Source of the DNA: Callorhinchus milii | Taxonomy: Eukaryota | Direction: 5' to 3' | Length of the DNA stretch: 64,000 nt | Assembly (NCBI RefSeq): GCF_018977255.1 | Contig: NW_024704742.1 | Coordinates: forward strand, 108,626,001-108,690,000 | Shown here: positions 25,781 through 38,335 of the stretch, piece after piece | How the letters are laid out: each line of letters opens with the position of its first letter | Position numbering within the stretch: position 1 is the first letter of the stretch | The notes under the pieces: model-generated | Database searches by the model: none | The model's input: only the letters and a program-made list of their open reading frames with translations | Told to the model about the DNA's origin: nothing | Program-made: the position numbers and the translations under genes

Positions 25781-28700
25781 TCATAACCCAAAAGTATCAT
25801 AGGTATCAACCCAATTGTGAATTAAATCGTATGCAACACGCTTTGCCACTTATCAGACACATTGTTATTCTATCCATTCCTTTCAAAAAGCTATTGCTTG
25901 TTTTGGCCACCCTGAGAGTGCGACCTTCAAAACAGCTCTGTGTCCAGCTAAAAGAAAACTGATGCGCTACATTCATACAATAGAGAATAAACTCTGTTTG
26001 GCAACCTAGAAACATCTCAAATTCAGCAGAGTTCACACTTTTTGGCCTCATAGTCTAATAACAAAATATTGCTTTAATGGTGATGTTTTGTCTTAAAAAA
26101 AAGCTTCACATTAGTGCATTTTTAAGTTAAAATTGAACAGCTTACCAGAAAACCTGGATGTTCTCAGTCTTCATTTGGTACAAGTGACAAATCCATCCCT
26201 TGTTCAAGCTATTGAATTAAATAATTACTGGGAGTTCCCATAAGGTGGGTTACAGTATAAGAGGGTGGAGCTGATCCTAAATAATAGAATGGATGTAAAT
26301 TCAGCCTGCAGAACAAGAACATCCACTTTTCATTCCATAGAACCTGTAGCAACGTCAGGTTCAAAGATTAATGGCAGATACTAACTGCAAGGATTATTAT
26401 TATTTGAACCACAACAATATACATCAAATGCTATCTGCTCAAGAACAGTCCCAATGTATCCCTAATGCTATATACTTAAATACAGCACGGATATCGGCCA
26501 AAACAAATTCAAAGCAACACATCAGAAGGCTATCGTTCCTACATTTTTTTTACACCCATCCACATCCTGAATTGCAGTATCAAATAGTTAAGGAACAAAT
26601 GTTTTAATCTACGAGACAACATACCCGTTTCCGTTTGGGGTGGGGGTCAGCTACTGCTGGTTGAAGGTTCCATTAGTATCAGCCTCTGAATTAAACTGGT
26701 TTCTTCTGATCATAAACAAGCACACTCTTCAAAGAATTGCAGCTTTGTTTATATGTGTCAATAAAAGAAATGGGTGTGATGGGCTGAATGGCTTTTGAAT
26801 GTTTCATATCTACCTTGCATTTCATTTCTCCTGAGGGAATTGATCTGCAGCTGGAGCATAACGCAACTGTGTAATTTTCTAAACTGGAAATATTGGATAA
26901 TACAATGGGTATAGGCTTCATAGCTCTGCTACCTCAGATTGAATCCAACCCAGATAGATTTAAACACTTTAGTTACTTTATAAAATGAGTTTGGGTAGGG
27001 TCAATTCTCAATCCAGTAAAAACAGGGCTAAACTGGTCATTTCATTTGAAAGGCAACGAGGGAAGAAGATACATACATATCATGCTAGTACAGAAGAGGT
27101 CATATTTCAGAAGTTTCGCAGAGTAGAAGGAGCTGTACCTGATCTGGGTGCATGTGAAGCTGATACTGAGTGCGTGAAATGGTAAAGTTTTCATTTCTCT
27201 GCACTACCACCCCTCACTATGAGTAGCACAAATTCTCAAAGAAAGAAAAATATTTTAAACATAACCAGTGCCTACAAAAGAGAAATGGCACTTATCTCAC
27301 AGAATCCTATGCACTGCACTTTCATGGTTTAGTGTGGGAAAAATATATGTGTTTATATATTGTGTATATATATGTATATATAGTATTAGATTTTCAGTTT
27401 AAGCTGTAAGGATGCCTGACTGGATACTGCTATTGTACAATTAGTGTGAGTTTGTGTGAAGTGGCTGAATGAACAAGGTGCAGAGAGTCCATTCAATAGA
27501 GTCCTGTAGTGTATTGGTCATAATCACTTTTTAAAAAAATAATAATTTGGTCACTCAATCCACAACTGTTTGTGGGACACAGCTGTGCGCAATTGACTGC
27601 CACATTTTGACCTCAAAATACAGTCACTTCACTTTACAGTATATTCTGAGAAGCGCTTTGAGACATCTCAACAATAAGGCACGATATCAACTGCAAGGAT
27701 TATTATATCTGTGTGATAGAAAAATGTATCTGTTCAGTTATACTCTTTGTCAATATACACTTATGAAATTAAGGGGATGTTGTACACTTAAAGATTCTCA
27801 AAACAAATTTGATCAGAGGTTCCATAACAGCAACAACTTGCATTTATATAGCATTTTTCAGGTCAGGAGATTATTGACTAAAGTAAAGAGATTTAGAATC
27901 AGGGTCCGACCACTAAATGAAAAATTGGGTCAAAAATAGGAATCAGAATAAACGTAATTTAACTGGAAATAGTTTGAGTGCTATATTTCAGTTCAGTTAC
28001 AGGATTCAGAAGATTATCTTTTTAGGTAACTAGGTCACTCATTAGCAATTGCAGTTAAATTTGACAGCTATAAAATAATACTTTTGAATGAAATAGCCAT
28101 GCATCATGTCAATTCGAAAAGGAATTTAAAGACCTCTGTGAGAAATCATCATTTCAACACACACCTTGTTGGTCAGCCCGGTGTCTGACACGTACGAAAA
28201 CCCATAAGCAATCTATAGTGTATAGCCGCAGTGTATAAATAAGTTAAACTACAATACAAAGTTACATTTATATAGCGCTTTTCACGTTGGGAGGACGTCT
28301 CCGGTGCTGAAGATGCTAAGGTGCAGATTTCTTTAAAAATCCTGCTAGAAAATACTGAAATTGACTCCAAAGTATATATTTGATAGTTTGTTTTTAAAAA
28401 TTCAAGTCTCCGAGCTGCAGTCCACACTCTGAATGCTTTCACCACAAAGGGGCTTAATTTGTGATATTAAGATATAAGATTTCTTGTATGAATTGCAATT
28501 TCTTGGTTGTGAATTTTATTGTAAATTTGTTGCAATTGTTACAAATTAGACCACGTTACGTGAATGCAAAGATCCCTTTGATAAAAGGAGACATGCCAAC
28601 ACAGCAGCAAGTCTTTCCTCTATGTGGTGCACATAGAGGATGTGCACCAAATTCTACCGCACAGGAAATGTTATATTTTATTTAAAACAGTTCACATACA

Positions 28701-29517
28701 CAAAGAAACCCCTTGGTTATAGACCCTCACATCTGCACATCCGTCTTACTTTTGTAATCTCTCCCTCGGAAATGGTTGTGTACACATTCCAGCTGACTCT
28801 GCAGTAACTAGTCCCGAATCAGTATCAAATGGTTAACAGCTTCAACTACGGAAGCCAGGGAAAGGAAAAGGAAAAAGCAACAAAGGAGGTGAGCTCAATT
28901 TTCTTGAATTTGAGCCAAATGTTTCATTTGTGAGTTCAATTTACTTCCCATCAGGTTACAGACATTGAAAACGAATCCGAAAGTCATCACACATTTCTGT
29001 ATCATCTTGGCTAGAACCATGTGACCTCCTAACCAATCTAGGCCAGCAATACAGTGTTTTTATTGGCTTCACTGTGAGAGGTACCAGAAAGAAAAGCAAT
29101 AAAGAAAAACCCTGCTTTTATATATGCAAATATATTTAATACCTTTCAAATATAGTGAAGTGAATCCATTAAATATCTTTCATGCATATTTAACATATCA
29201 ACATTTTTTAAAATATAAAGTTACCAACTACCTCCAGGGCCGGGGGGTGGGATCCCATACTCATACTCTGATCCCATACTCAAATAGTCATTCTTCATTG
29301 ATGAGCTGATACAAGCTGTGCAACTATGGGGATTTACAACCAAGCCCTCTCCTGCTCTCACTCAATCTCATACATTGCCCATTCTAGCAGCAGTGATGGA
29401 CACAGAGGCACTGAGGGCAACAGGATCATCCTAAAGGCACTAACATTTTTTTTCTTTGGAGGGTCAGGTGTCTGACACAAGCGGAAACCCTTCACCCTGC
29501 TTAAGAGTATACAAACC

Positions 29518-29630
29518 CACAAATATACAGTCAATTCACTTTACAGTATATTCTGTGAAGCGCTTTGAGACGTCTTGAAGATGTGAAAAGTACTATATCA
29601 AAATGCAAAGATTATAAGGATTATTATTAT
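29518..29630 (+). mobile_element. 5'-truncated SINE with a 16-bp target-site duplication
   Basis: TAAGAGTAT(A/C)CAAACC at 29502-29517 and 29630-29645. Similar 3' SINE pieces occur at about 1643-1750(+), 9735-9890(-), 24775-24975(-), 27535-27707(+), 43824-43937(+) and 52260-52455(-). Confidence 0.85.
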
Positions 29631-29833
29631 AAGAGTATCCAAACCAAGATCAGCCAATTAAATACACTAGGATCCTGACTGAGATCAGCTAACTCAGCAC
29701 AAGCTCATCCCAGGATTGTGGGCCTACAATTTCTGGTCCTTCTGGTACACAGCACATTGAATGATTATTTTGCTCACTAAGCCATTGGGGAACTCTTTCA
29801 GGCAATTATTTAATAAGTGTTGATGATACATAC

Positions 29834-29896
29834 CTCTGATGCTTCAACACCTGTGCCAACTCCTTGCTTTGCTGATGTGCCAGTCTTTGCATCTCC
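29834..29896 (-). CDS. CAST: Calpastatin-like gene, 63-nt internal exon (GDAKTGTSAKQGVGTGVEASE)
   Basis: Acceptor cttctttcaacag and donor GAG|gtatgt; phase 0-0 and open. Low-complexity G/A/K/T/S composition; the 21 codons match my recollection of the mammalian CAST exon after exon 1xa. Confidence 0.8.
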
Positions 29897-30282
29897 CTGT
29901 TGAAAGAAGCAGAATGGGCATTCAATTACTTCAGGCATTTTACACAGAGGCCTTTGGCATTTGAAATGCTTATTCTAAGACCACTTGGAATTATATTTCA
30001 AAGACCACAAAAAGCAAAAAAGAGAAAATAATTATTTGCAGAGTATCCTTGAATAAACCTAGCACATGTGCAGGACAGCAGCAACAGGCAACTATTGTAT
30101 TTTTTCACCTCCTTATCACATTGAAATCCCTCAAAATATTAAGCCATGTAGTGACTGTTTTTTATGGTAGTTGCACCCAAACAGTCATAAGATAAACAAT
30201 TAATTAATCTGGAAAATTATTTGGTCGGACCATTGAGCAAAATTCCATTATTTTGTTCAAATATTTTCATGAGATCTTTAAC

Positions 30283-30538
30283 TAGGGTGACCATATGTCC
30301 CTGATTTTCAGCAACTATCCCCAGATGAGGTATTATGTCCTTGAGACCAAATTTGCCCCGTCTTAAGATCAGCAACAAACACAGAACAATAAAATTCTAG
30401 AACAGATACCCTCCATCAGAGAAATACAGCCATTAATCCAACAAGCTTCTCCTGTACTGCCAGCATTAGCAATTGTGGTGAGTTCATTTTTTTTATATAT
30501 GTGTCCTTGGACTAGGTGTACAAAATATGGTCACCTTA
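30283..30538. mobile_element. Non-autonomous hAT DNA transposon (Blackjack-like TIR)
   Basis: TIRs TAGGGTGACCATAT and ATATGGTCACCTTA; perfect 8-bp TSD TCTTTAAC at 30275-30282 and 30539-30546; nested in an old SINE. Confidence 0.88.
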
Positions 30539-31254
30539 TCTTTAACCATATCTGAAGAACAAGCAGAATGTCAGGATTTCAAAACCTGATCTTTTAAAAA
30601 AAACATTGGCTCTCACAATGTAGCCACCCACTCCCCAGTACTGCACTGGAATTTCAGGGGTCTTCCTCATCAAGTTTACCACCATATGTCACTAGATATT
30701 CTGGTCACAAAGTACAAAACCACAAGGTTAAAAACACCACTCCAGCTTCAGACATGCTGCAATTTATGCACTTGTGAATCCACTTACCTTATTGGGAATG
30801 AAAGGATATATTTCTATAAGTTTTGATTTGCAGGTTGTGATGGGTGTGTGCAACATACAGGCATAAACCTGCTAACACACCCTTCTCCTAACTGGGATTT
30901 CTGATTTGCTCAGGGAAAACAGCCCCGATCAATGATTGCTGTCACTGGTTCGGTTCCAGGGCTTTTTAACCAACATTTATATTAACTGTTTGTCGAAACA
31001 AAAGGAGAATTGTGAATGGTGAAAAAATTATTTGGGATATTTATGCTTTGAGTATTGTGACTCTCCAAACATGTTTTAAACCAGTGTTTCAAACAATCCG
31101 TTTCTATTCTTGACACTTATTGAGTTGCTGCAGATTTCCAGCATTTCTGTTTATAGTTTATAAAATTATTTCTATATACTGTAATTACATTTGATATAGC
31201 GTTTTCTTATCAAAGCCTCTGAACACTTCATCACAACCAACTATTTTCATGTAC

Positions 31255-31468
31255 AGAAGTCAAAGTATTGCAGATGCTGGAAATCTGGTATAAACACTGG
31301 GAACATGCAGCATGTCAGGCAGCATCCATGGAGAGAGGAAAATGAGTTAACGTTTCAGGTCTGTCATCTCGTCAGAACATAGAATTGAAAGTCAAACGTT
31401 AACTAATTTTCCTCTCTCCATGGATGCTGCCTAATCTGCTGCGTGGTCCCAGTAACTTCTGTGTTAAT
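31255..31468. mobile_element. Palindromic repeat, probably Penelope-like terminal repeats
   Basis: Inverted arms of about 60 bp (31296-31354 and 31394-31453); homologous to 20338-20540. Confidence 0.55.
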
Positions 31469-31709
31469 TTTCCTATACATCTACACAAACATCATTTCAA
31501 AAACAGCAATTGAGCTGGGCCCTGTTAAAGCACACCTCAGTCAGGTTCGATTGAAACTGTGAATCTGTGGTATGCTGACTAGTCACACTGGGCAGGCACC
31601 GTGGTGATCAGTGTCATGAGCGGCAACTCTGCAAGCAATGGCAAGATGCCACAGCAACAACATAACCTTTTATAACACAAGGTCTCATTTTAAGTACCCT
31701 TAACCAATT

Positions 31710-32320
31710 ACAACAACCTGCATTTATATAGCACTCCTCATGCGGCATAGCATCTCAGAGCATCTCAGTGACGGAACTCGACACTGAGCCAGGGAGAGAG
31801 GGGAGGTAACCATAGGATTGGTTGAAGAGAAGTCTTCAGATAAGATGTGAGTGGGGGAGCAAGGGGGAGGGATTGAAACACACAGTCACTATACTTTACA
31901 GTATATTCTGTGAAGCGCTTTGAGACGTCTCAAAGTCATTATAAGGCACTGTATCAAATGCAAGGATTATTATTATTATTATTGAGGCAGAGTTCCAGAG
32001 TCTCCAGGTGTAGTGGCTGAAAGCACAGTCGCCAATATGGAGCAGAGCAGATGAGGAACGTACAGGAGATGCGAGCCAGCTAAGTGAAGGGGGTGGGTAG
32101 CTGAGTGGGACATAAGCAGGTCGGAGAGGTAGGGAGGTGCCAGGGCATGAAGTGAATTTCTAATTGAGTGTGGGATCTTGAAGTAAATCTATTCTGCAAC
32201 AGGGAGGCAGTGGAGCTTGACAAGAACACTGGGGTGATAGGGGTGTCGAGTTTAGTACGGGTGACGATCTATAATTATTCGGATTTTAGGAATGGTGGAG
32301 TTGGAGAGACCTGTGAGGAG
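31710..32320 (-). mobile_element. Diverged L2 3' fragment interrupted by a plus-strand SINE tail (about 31880-31983)
   Basis: L2 motifs on both sides of an (ATT)n-tailed SINE 3' end. Confidence 0.7.
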
Positions 32321-35300
32321 GGCCATTGCTTTATGACAGGATGTAGTCACTTTAACAGTTTAGGTAATTTGGATGAGCAAGAAATATTGGTCTAGATACC
32401 ATACTCTGTTATGAATAACTTTCATGGAATTCACCTAAACCACAACAAGTTTAACATTTTGTCTGAAGAACACCTCTGACAATAAAGCATTCTTTCTGTC
32501 CTGCACAAGCATGTTATTGAAGATTATGAGTTCAAATCCTGGTTTGCAAACAAAGCCACAACCTTTTGACATGGAGGTTAGATTGCTACCAATAGCTGAT
32601 ATTGGCTATTTATATTAGACAAGCTTATCAAAAATAAGGAAATGGAGATATCCAAAGCTCAAGTAAATTATAATGGTTAAGTTAATTGTGTCTATTGGAG
32701 AACTTGCAGTGATTATATCGTGTGCGATAGCTGGAAGCACACTTCAAGGGAAAGTCCAGCGATAAACATGAATAACTTTGTTTACTTACTGACTTTAGCT
32801 GAGGAGTTAGCTCTTTATAATGTACAGTATTTTGAATCAGAGACAAAGGTGGTGTGACAAAGGAGAGGCAATAAAAGGGTATCAGAGATCACTAGGAACA
32901 TTAAGTAAACCTCACATAAATCATATCATTCAGGACTAGTAACAACAACAAAATTATATTTGTATAGGGCCTTTCACATTGGGAGGACGTCCCAAGGTGC
33001 TGGACAATCAGTGTTTCGGACCCGAGCTGGGGGTCTTCTTATGTTCTTCTGCACATGTGTCAATGGATCAAGATCACGTTTCCCTTGGTTCAATACAACT
33101 GATAAGTGTGGGACTAGTGGAGGGTAGGTGAGCAGTGTTACGAGTTAGGTGATTAATACGAGTAGTAAAACAAAGTTAGGTAGTTTTGATAGGAAACTGA
33201 AAGAGACTCGGGTGGATGTACAACTTAGGCGATCATATAATTTATAAAAAGAATTACCTTTTACTGTATAAACACTGGCACAGACCAGTTGGGCCAAATG
33301 GCCCATTTCAATGCTGTAACATTCTGTGTAACTTCCAGTTACTGGAAAGACTCTCCTTTTCCAAAATTTGGATTTCTTATCAAATAATCCTTTTAGAAAT
33401 CTTGCATTTAGACCCTAAAACTTTAGATCTTATTGAACTTGAGAAACTTAACTCATTCCCATAAAGAGTTGCAGTTGTCAAGAGCAGCTGGTAGGAATCA
33501 GGATACAGTTTAAAGTACAACTTGAGCACTGATCTGCATGAGCAGAATATGCAGCATATGTATTACATGGACAGCAGTTTTTCATCAAAGCCTAATAAAT
33601 TGAGGTAATAAATTCTGCCAATAGGATTCAGAATACCTGTAGATATCTAGCTGAAGAGAATGCAATATAAACTGGTCTCATTTTTTAGCCTGTAACGTTT
33701 ACGTACTTTTACCATTTCCTCAGTTAGTATGTCCTGATCTGATCAGCTGCACATTTACATTTGGATCAAAATGGCTATAAACTAGTTTTGATGCCAATCC
33801 TCAAAACCCAATCAACTTGATCTTTCCCATATTGAAATAGCTGAACTCTGTACATTCACGAGTATAGTCCAGCTATGTTACATTGGAGAACTTTGCAGGA
33901 CAAAATAGAAGCGTTTTCAATTTTGATTTTTATTTAATCAAACTTGCTGTGGAGAGGTTATTAGATTGTCTTGATCTTTTAGTCTGCAAAGTACACTATA
34001 CTGTTTATGAGATGGATTTATTCCCAAATATTTGTAAGCAAATCAGTTCTGAAACTAAGCCTATTATTACTCTGGTGTTTCTAGGAATTAAAATAAATTA
34101 TTCACAAAGCAATCCTATACAGATTTAATTTCTAAAGCTTACCCAAGGCTGAAGCAAGATGCTGGTTTAGCTCCAGTTAGTAGTGCCCCCAACAGCTTTA
34201 ATTCACTGACCTTTAGGTGGAAGCACTTAGACTGATGCACATTGTTCATGCAGGGACTGCTTGGTAACCAGCTATTTGGAGACATTTTTCAACTTGACTC
34301 CTCAGTCTCAATGCTGAAACTAGATGATATATGAGGCACTGCTGTTTTATTTATGGGGACACATCAGATCAGGAGATGCTAACTGAGCAATTGGCAAGAG
34401 AAAAAGTTAAACTTTATGAGGCAAGTGATTTACAGTGCATGGTTGCTAGATTCGTAGGGACTTTTCAAATAGCCACCTCAAATAAAAGAGACAGTTGTCT
34501 CACTGGCTGTTGATCAAGACAACACTGGGTTGTGAAAACACACTGGGTTTTGGTTTACAACAGTATTGCTGATGCGAGCACTGCTGCCAGCAGTATGGTT
34601 ATAACAACAATAATAATCCTTGCATTTCAAGACAATCCTGTTCGACCACATCTTCAGTCACCCTCCTACTCCTACCCTCCCTCCTGATTAAATACAATAC
34701 AAAATGACATTTGTATAGTGCCTTTCAAGTCGGGAGGACATCCCAAGGCACTGGCGATCCCAACCACCAACTCGGGTGTGAATTCCTGAATGTCCAGTGC
34801 TTTGGGACATCCTCCTGACGTGAAAGACGCTATACAAATGGAATTTGTTGTTGTGGGTGTTGTTCATATAGTGCCTTATCACGTCATTGAGACGTTTCAA
34901 AGCACTTCGCAGGATATAATGTAAAGAGGCGTGAGAAATAAGGAAACTTTCCTAAAGTTTCGCCCTCCTAGGGAGTTGAATGCGGGTCCTCTCACTTGCC
35001 AGTCGAGTGCTCTAACCAATTGACTGCAGTACTGTACATGTCATCGAATCCTGAATCTTGCATGATGTCCTGCTGTATAATTTCAGCTGCAGTCACCAGG
35101 GGATATGTAAACTGCTCTAGGCACTTGTGTGAACACACCTAATGGAGGGTGTGGGGAGAAAGAAGGAAGAGGAATATTATTGGGTAACACCATATGGCAT
35201 CACGTGCCTCCACCACATTTATTGATTCCTGTACTGGGTTGATGAGGAACCATAAACACGTAGGTTTATTTTCTTTAACAATTAGCTGTGGAATTTGTTA

Positions 35301-38021
35301 ATCTTATTAAAGTTTTGAAGAGAAATCTGGTGAAGTTATAGAAACAACAGAAGATGATGTTTTTTATCCAGGGATATTCAGTAATAGACATTTCAATGTG
35401 TTTGTGCTCATTCAGTTCATACATAGGAGTTGGACTTTAACTTGGAAGTTCTATTCTAGATAACTAGCGCTCACCATAAAGTAATTCATTCACTAGCAAT
35501 TCTGTCAGTGTTTATTGCTGAACATAATGCACAGTCACTTCACTTTACAGTAAATCCTGTGAAGTACTTTGAGATATTCTCCCAACATGAAATGTGCTAT
35601 ATCAAATGTAAGGATTATTATTATCTATTTAATTACAATCTGTTCCTGATCTGTCTTGATGTTAAGTATCAAATTAACTGTACATATCAGTTCTCAGGTT
35701 TCACCGACAAAGTATATAGTCAATAACTTTACAGTATATTGTGTGAAGCACTTTAAGACTTCTCGAAGACGTGATAAGGGGCTGTATCAAATGCAAGTAT
35801 TATTATTACATTTCTACCATTGACAAAAACAAAGCCATCTGTCCAGTTCTTGCCAGCGGCAACATGCTTCCCAATTTTGCCTACTCAGGCTGAAACCAGT
35901 TATTCCCCAACTCAAAGAATAATTTCAAACCCTACATGCGATAAATTCTCAGGTAGCACCATCAAGAGTGGAACCAAATGCATCAAGAGTGGATCCATTA
36001 GAGAGCTGGCTCATTGTGTACATTAGTTTCCCTTGAAACAGACACATGTCACTCAAGTGCTTTGAGACATCCAGAAGACGTGAAAAGCGCTATAGCAAAT
36101 GCAAGGATTATTTTATTATTATTTTATTGGGAGCCCAGTCTATCCCAATGGATAGCTATTGGAATTAAGAATTACACATTGAATATTTTCTACGATTCTA
36201 CAATTCAATGATATCCATAATTGCTCATACAAAAGCGTGCTTTCAAAAACATTTTGTATTCACTCAGTTGAGTAATTACATTTTATTCTCCCCTTATCCC
36301 TAAGCTTTGAAGGTGGCAATTCACACTGCGGTTGGAAGTCTTCCGGTACTCAGCCATTCTTCAAATGCATACTACACACTGAGTGTCCTCAGGGAATTCA
36401 AACAATGTAATCCATCATAGAGAAGCTTCATCCAGCAGTCAACTGATATTAAAGCCCACGCACTTCACCAGACTTCACTGGATAGAGATCAAGACTGTTA
36501 ATCGTGGTTCAAATATCTCCTTCCCAAACCTGGTGATGCCGAGTCCAATTATAGTATCTTCACTGCCACCTTGACTGAAATAGATTGAGTTCATACAGTC
36601 TAATGATCAAACCAATGGCCTTCCTGGTATGTCTTACTCTTTTTTTTCATTCAATCAAAAATCAAAATGTTAAGCTTGAGAATGTTAACTGGCATGTCAT
36701 AAGATAGTAACTGAAAATTTTCCACCTGTAAGTGAGTCAGTTTGGACCAGTTTGAGAGTCTGTGGCAACTTTAAGGGTGGATGGTTTCTTAACTGAAGCC
36801 ATCCCTTGGTTTAAGCATTATTTTTCGGTCACAGGTTTGCGTGTGCAACTGCAGGCAGAGCAAAAATAAGATTACAAAATTGCCTATACATTTCACTAGA
36901 TTATCAGGGTTGGGTTTCAGTTATAAAAAAGGCCTGTGACTTTTGGACTATCTTCACTAGAGTTGATAAGGTTAATAGCAACCTGATAAACATCTTCATA
37001 AAGGAGTTAGCATTAGATAGGTAGGATAGAATTAGATCATTTCTACTCATCAGAGAAGCAATAATGAAACAGCATAAATTTAAATCAATTAAAGAGATTT
37101 AAAGGGGACATTAGAATCCATCTGCTAACATAAAAGAGGGGTGGAATTCTTTGCCACGAGCCATTGGTAAAACACAGGCGATAACTTTGGCAATTGAAGT
37201 AAATTTGGCATTTACTTCATGGTGGTTTGCAGGACATTGCTGTGCACAAAATAGGTTGCCATTGTTGCCTATAAAATATACAGTTACCACACTAAAATAA
37301 ATCCTGTGATGTCCTTTGAGACGCAAGGAACATTATGAAGTAAGCCTGGAAAACAAGCAGTAGCTCCTGGATAGATACGAGGCGACATTTACAATGTTCA
37401 CAATGCTGGGGTGAAAAAGTTCCTGGTTTTAAAGATTTTTCTTGAACAAAACACGTTATAAATAACTGGCATTCACATTCCTAACTCAAGAAAACTGGAC
37501 AGGGGTATTTTTGCAGAGCTCCCCTTCACTAGCACTTGGCAATGGGTCTGTCTAGTCTGCTGGCACCCAGTTACCCATATAATTGTCCTATGGTTAAACA
37601 CAATGAAAGAACTGTTGGTGCCAGTGTGGGGGTCAGGTTAGACCTGGCTCTTTCCTTTCTAAAAGTTCTGCTAAGCAGGGCAACAAGAGCTTGCATAAAT
37701 ATTTGTGTGTGTGTGTGTGTGTGTGTATGGGTGGGGGGGGGGGGGTCAAATTTTTTTGCAACACATTTTACTTTCAATGCAAAACCACAAGCAGCTTGAT
37801 GCCGGGTCCTGGCAATGGTGAGGGTCGTCGGCCAGGGTGGTGTAAACACATCCAGTGCGGCTGCTCCCCCCCCCCCCCCGACAGCAGCCGAGGCGGTGGC
37901 ACTTTTAAGGCGTTTTCCTTCGCCTTAAAATTGGGATTGCAAACGTTGCAGCATAACTCTCTCCCTCAGTTGTCCACTCTGCGTGTGGTGTGCTCCCAAG
38001 CCCAGCAATGGGCCATTCTGT

Positions 38022-38335
38022 AGTCCTGTAGCTCAGTGGTTAGAGCACTCGCTTTGCAAGCGAGAGACCTGAGTTCAATTCCAGGCAGGTCAGGGCGAAA
38101 CCTTGGGCAAGTTTCCTTACTCCACACAGGCCTAATAATAATCCCTCCAAAACCCAAAACAATAATAATTGGTCATTTTCAATCCATGACTGTTTGTGGG
38201 ACATTGCTGTGCGCAATTGGCTGCCGCGTTCGCCCACAAATATACAGTCAATTCACTTTACAGTGTGTTCTGTGAAGCGCTTTGGGACGTCCTCCCGACG
38301 TGAAAAGCGCTATATCAAATGCAAGGATTATTATT
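38022..38335 (+). mobile_element. Young full-length tRNA-derived Deu-domain SINE with L2-type tail
   Basis: A box TAGCTCAGTGG, B box GAGTTCAATTCC, anticodon-like arm CTCGC-TTTGCAA-GCGAG (Ala-like TGC), core gtgggacattgctgtgcgcaattggctgccgcg, L2-like tail and (ATT)n. Confidence 0.92.

Noticed and set aside
38022..38095. tRNA-Ala-like gene
   Set aside because: It is the head of a SINE, continuing into core and tail in multiple copies.
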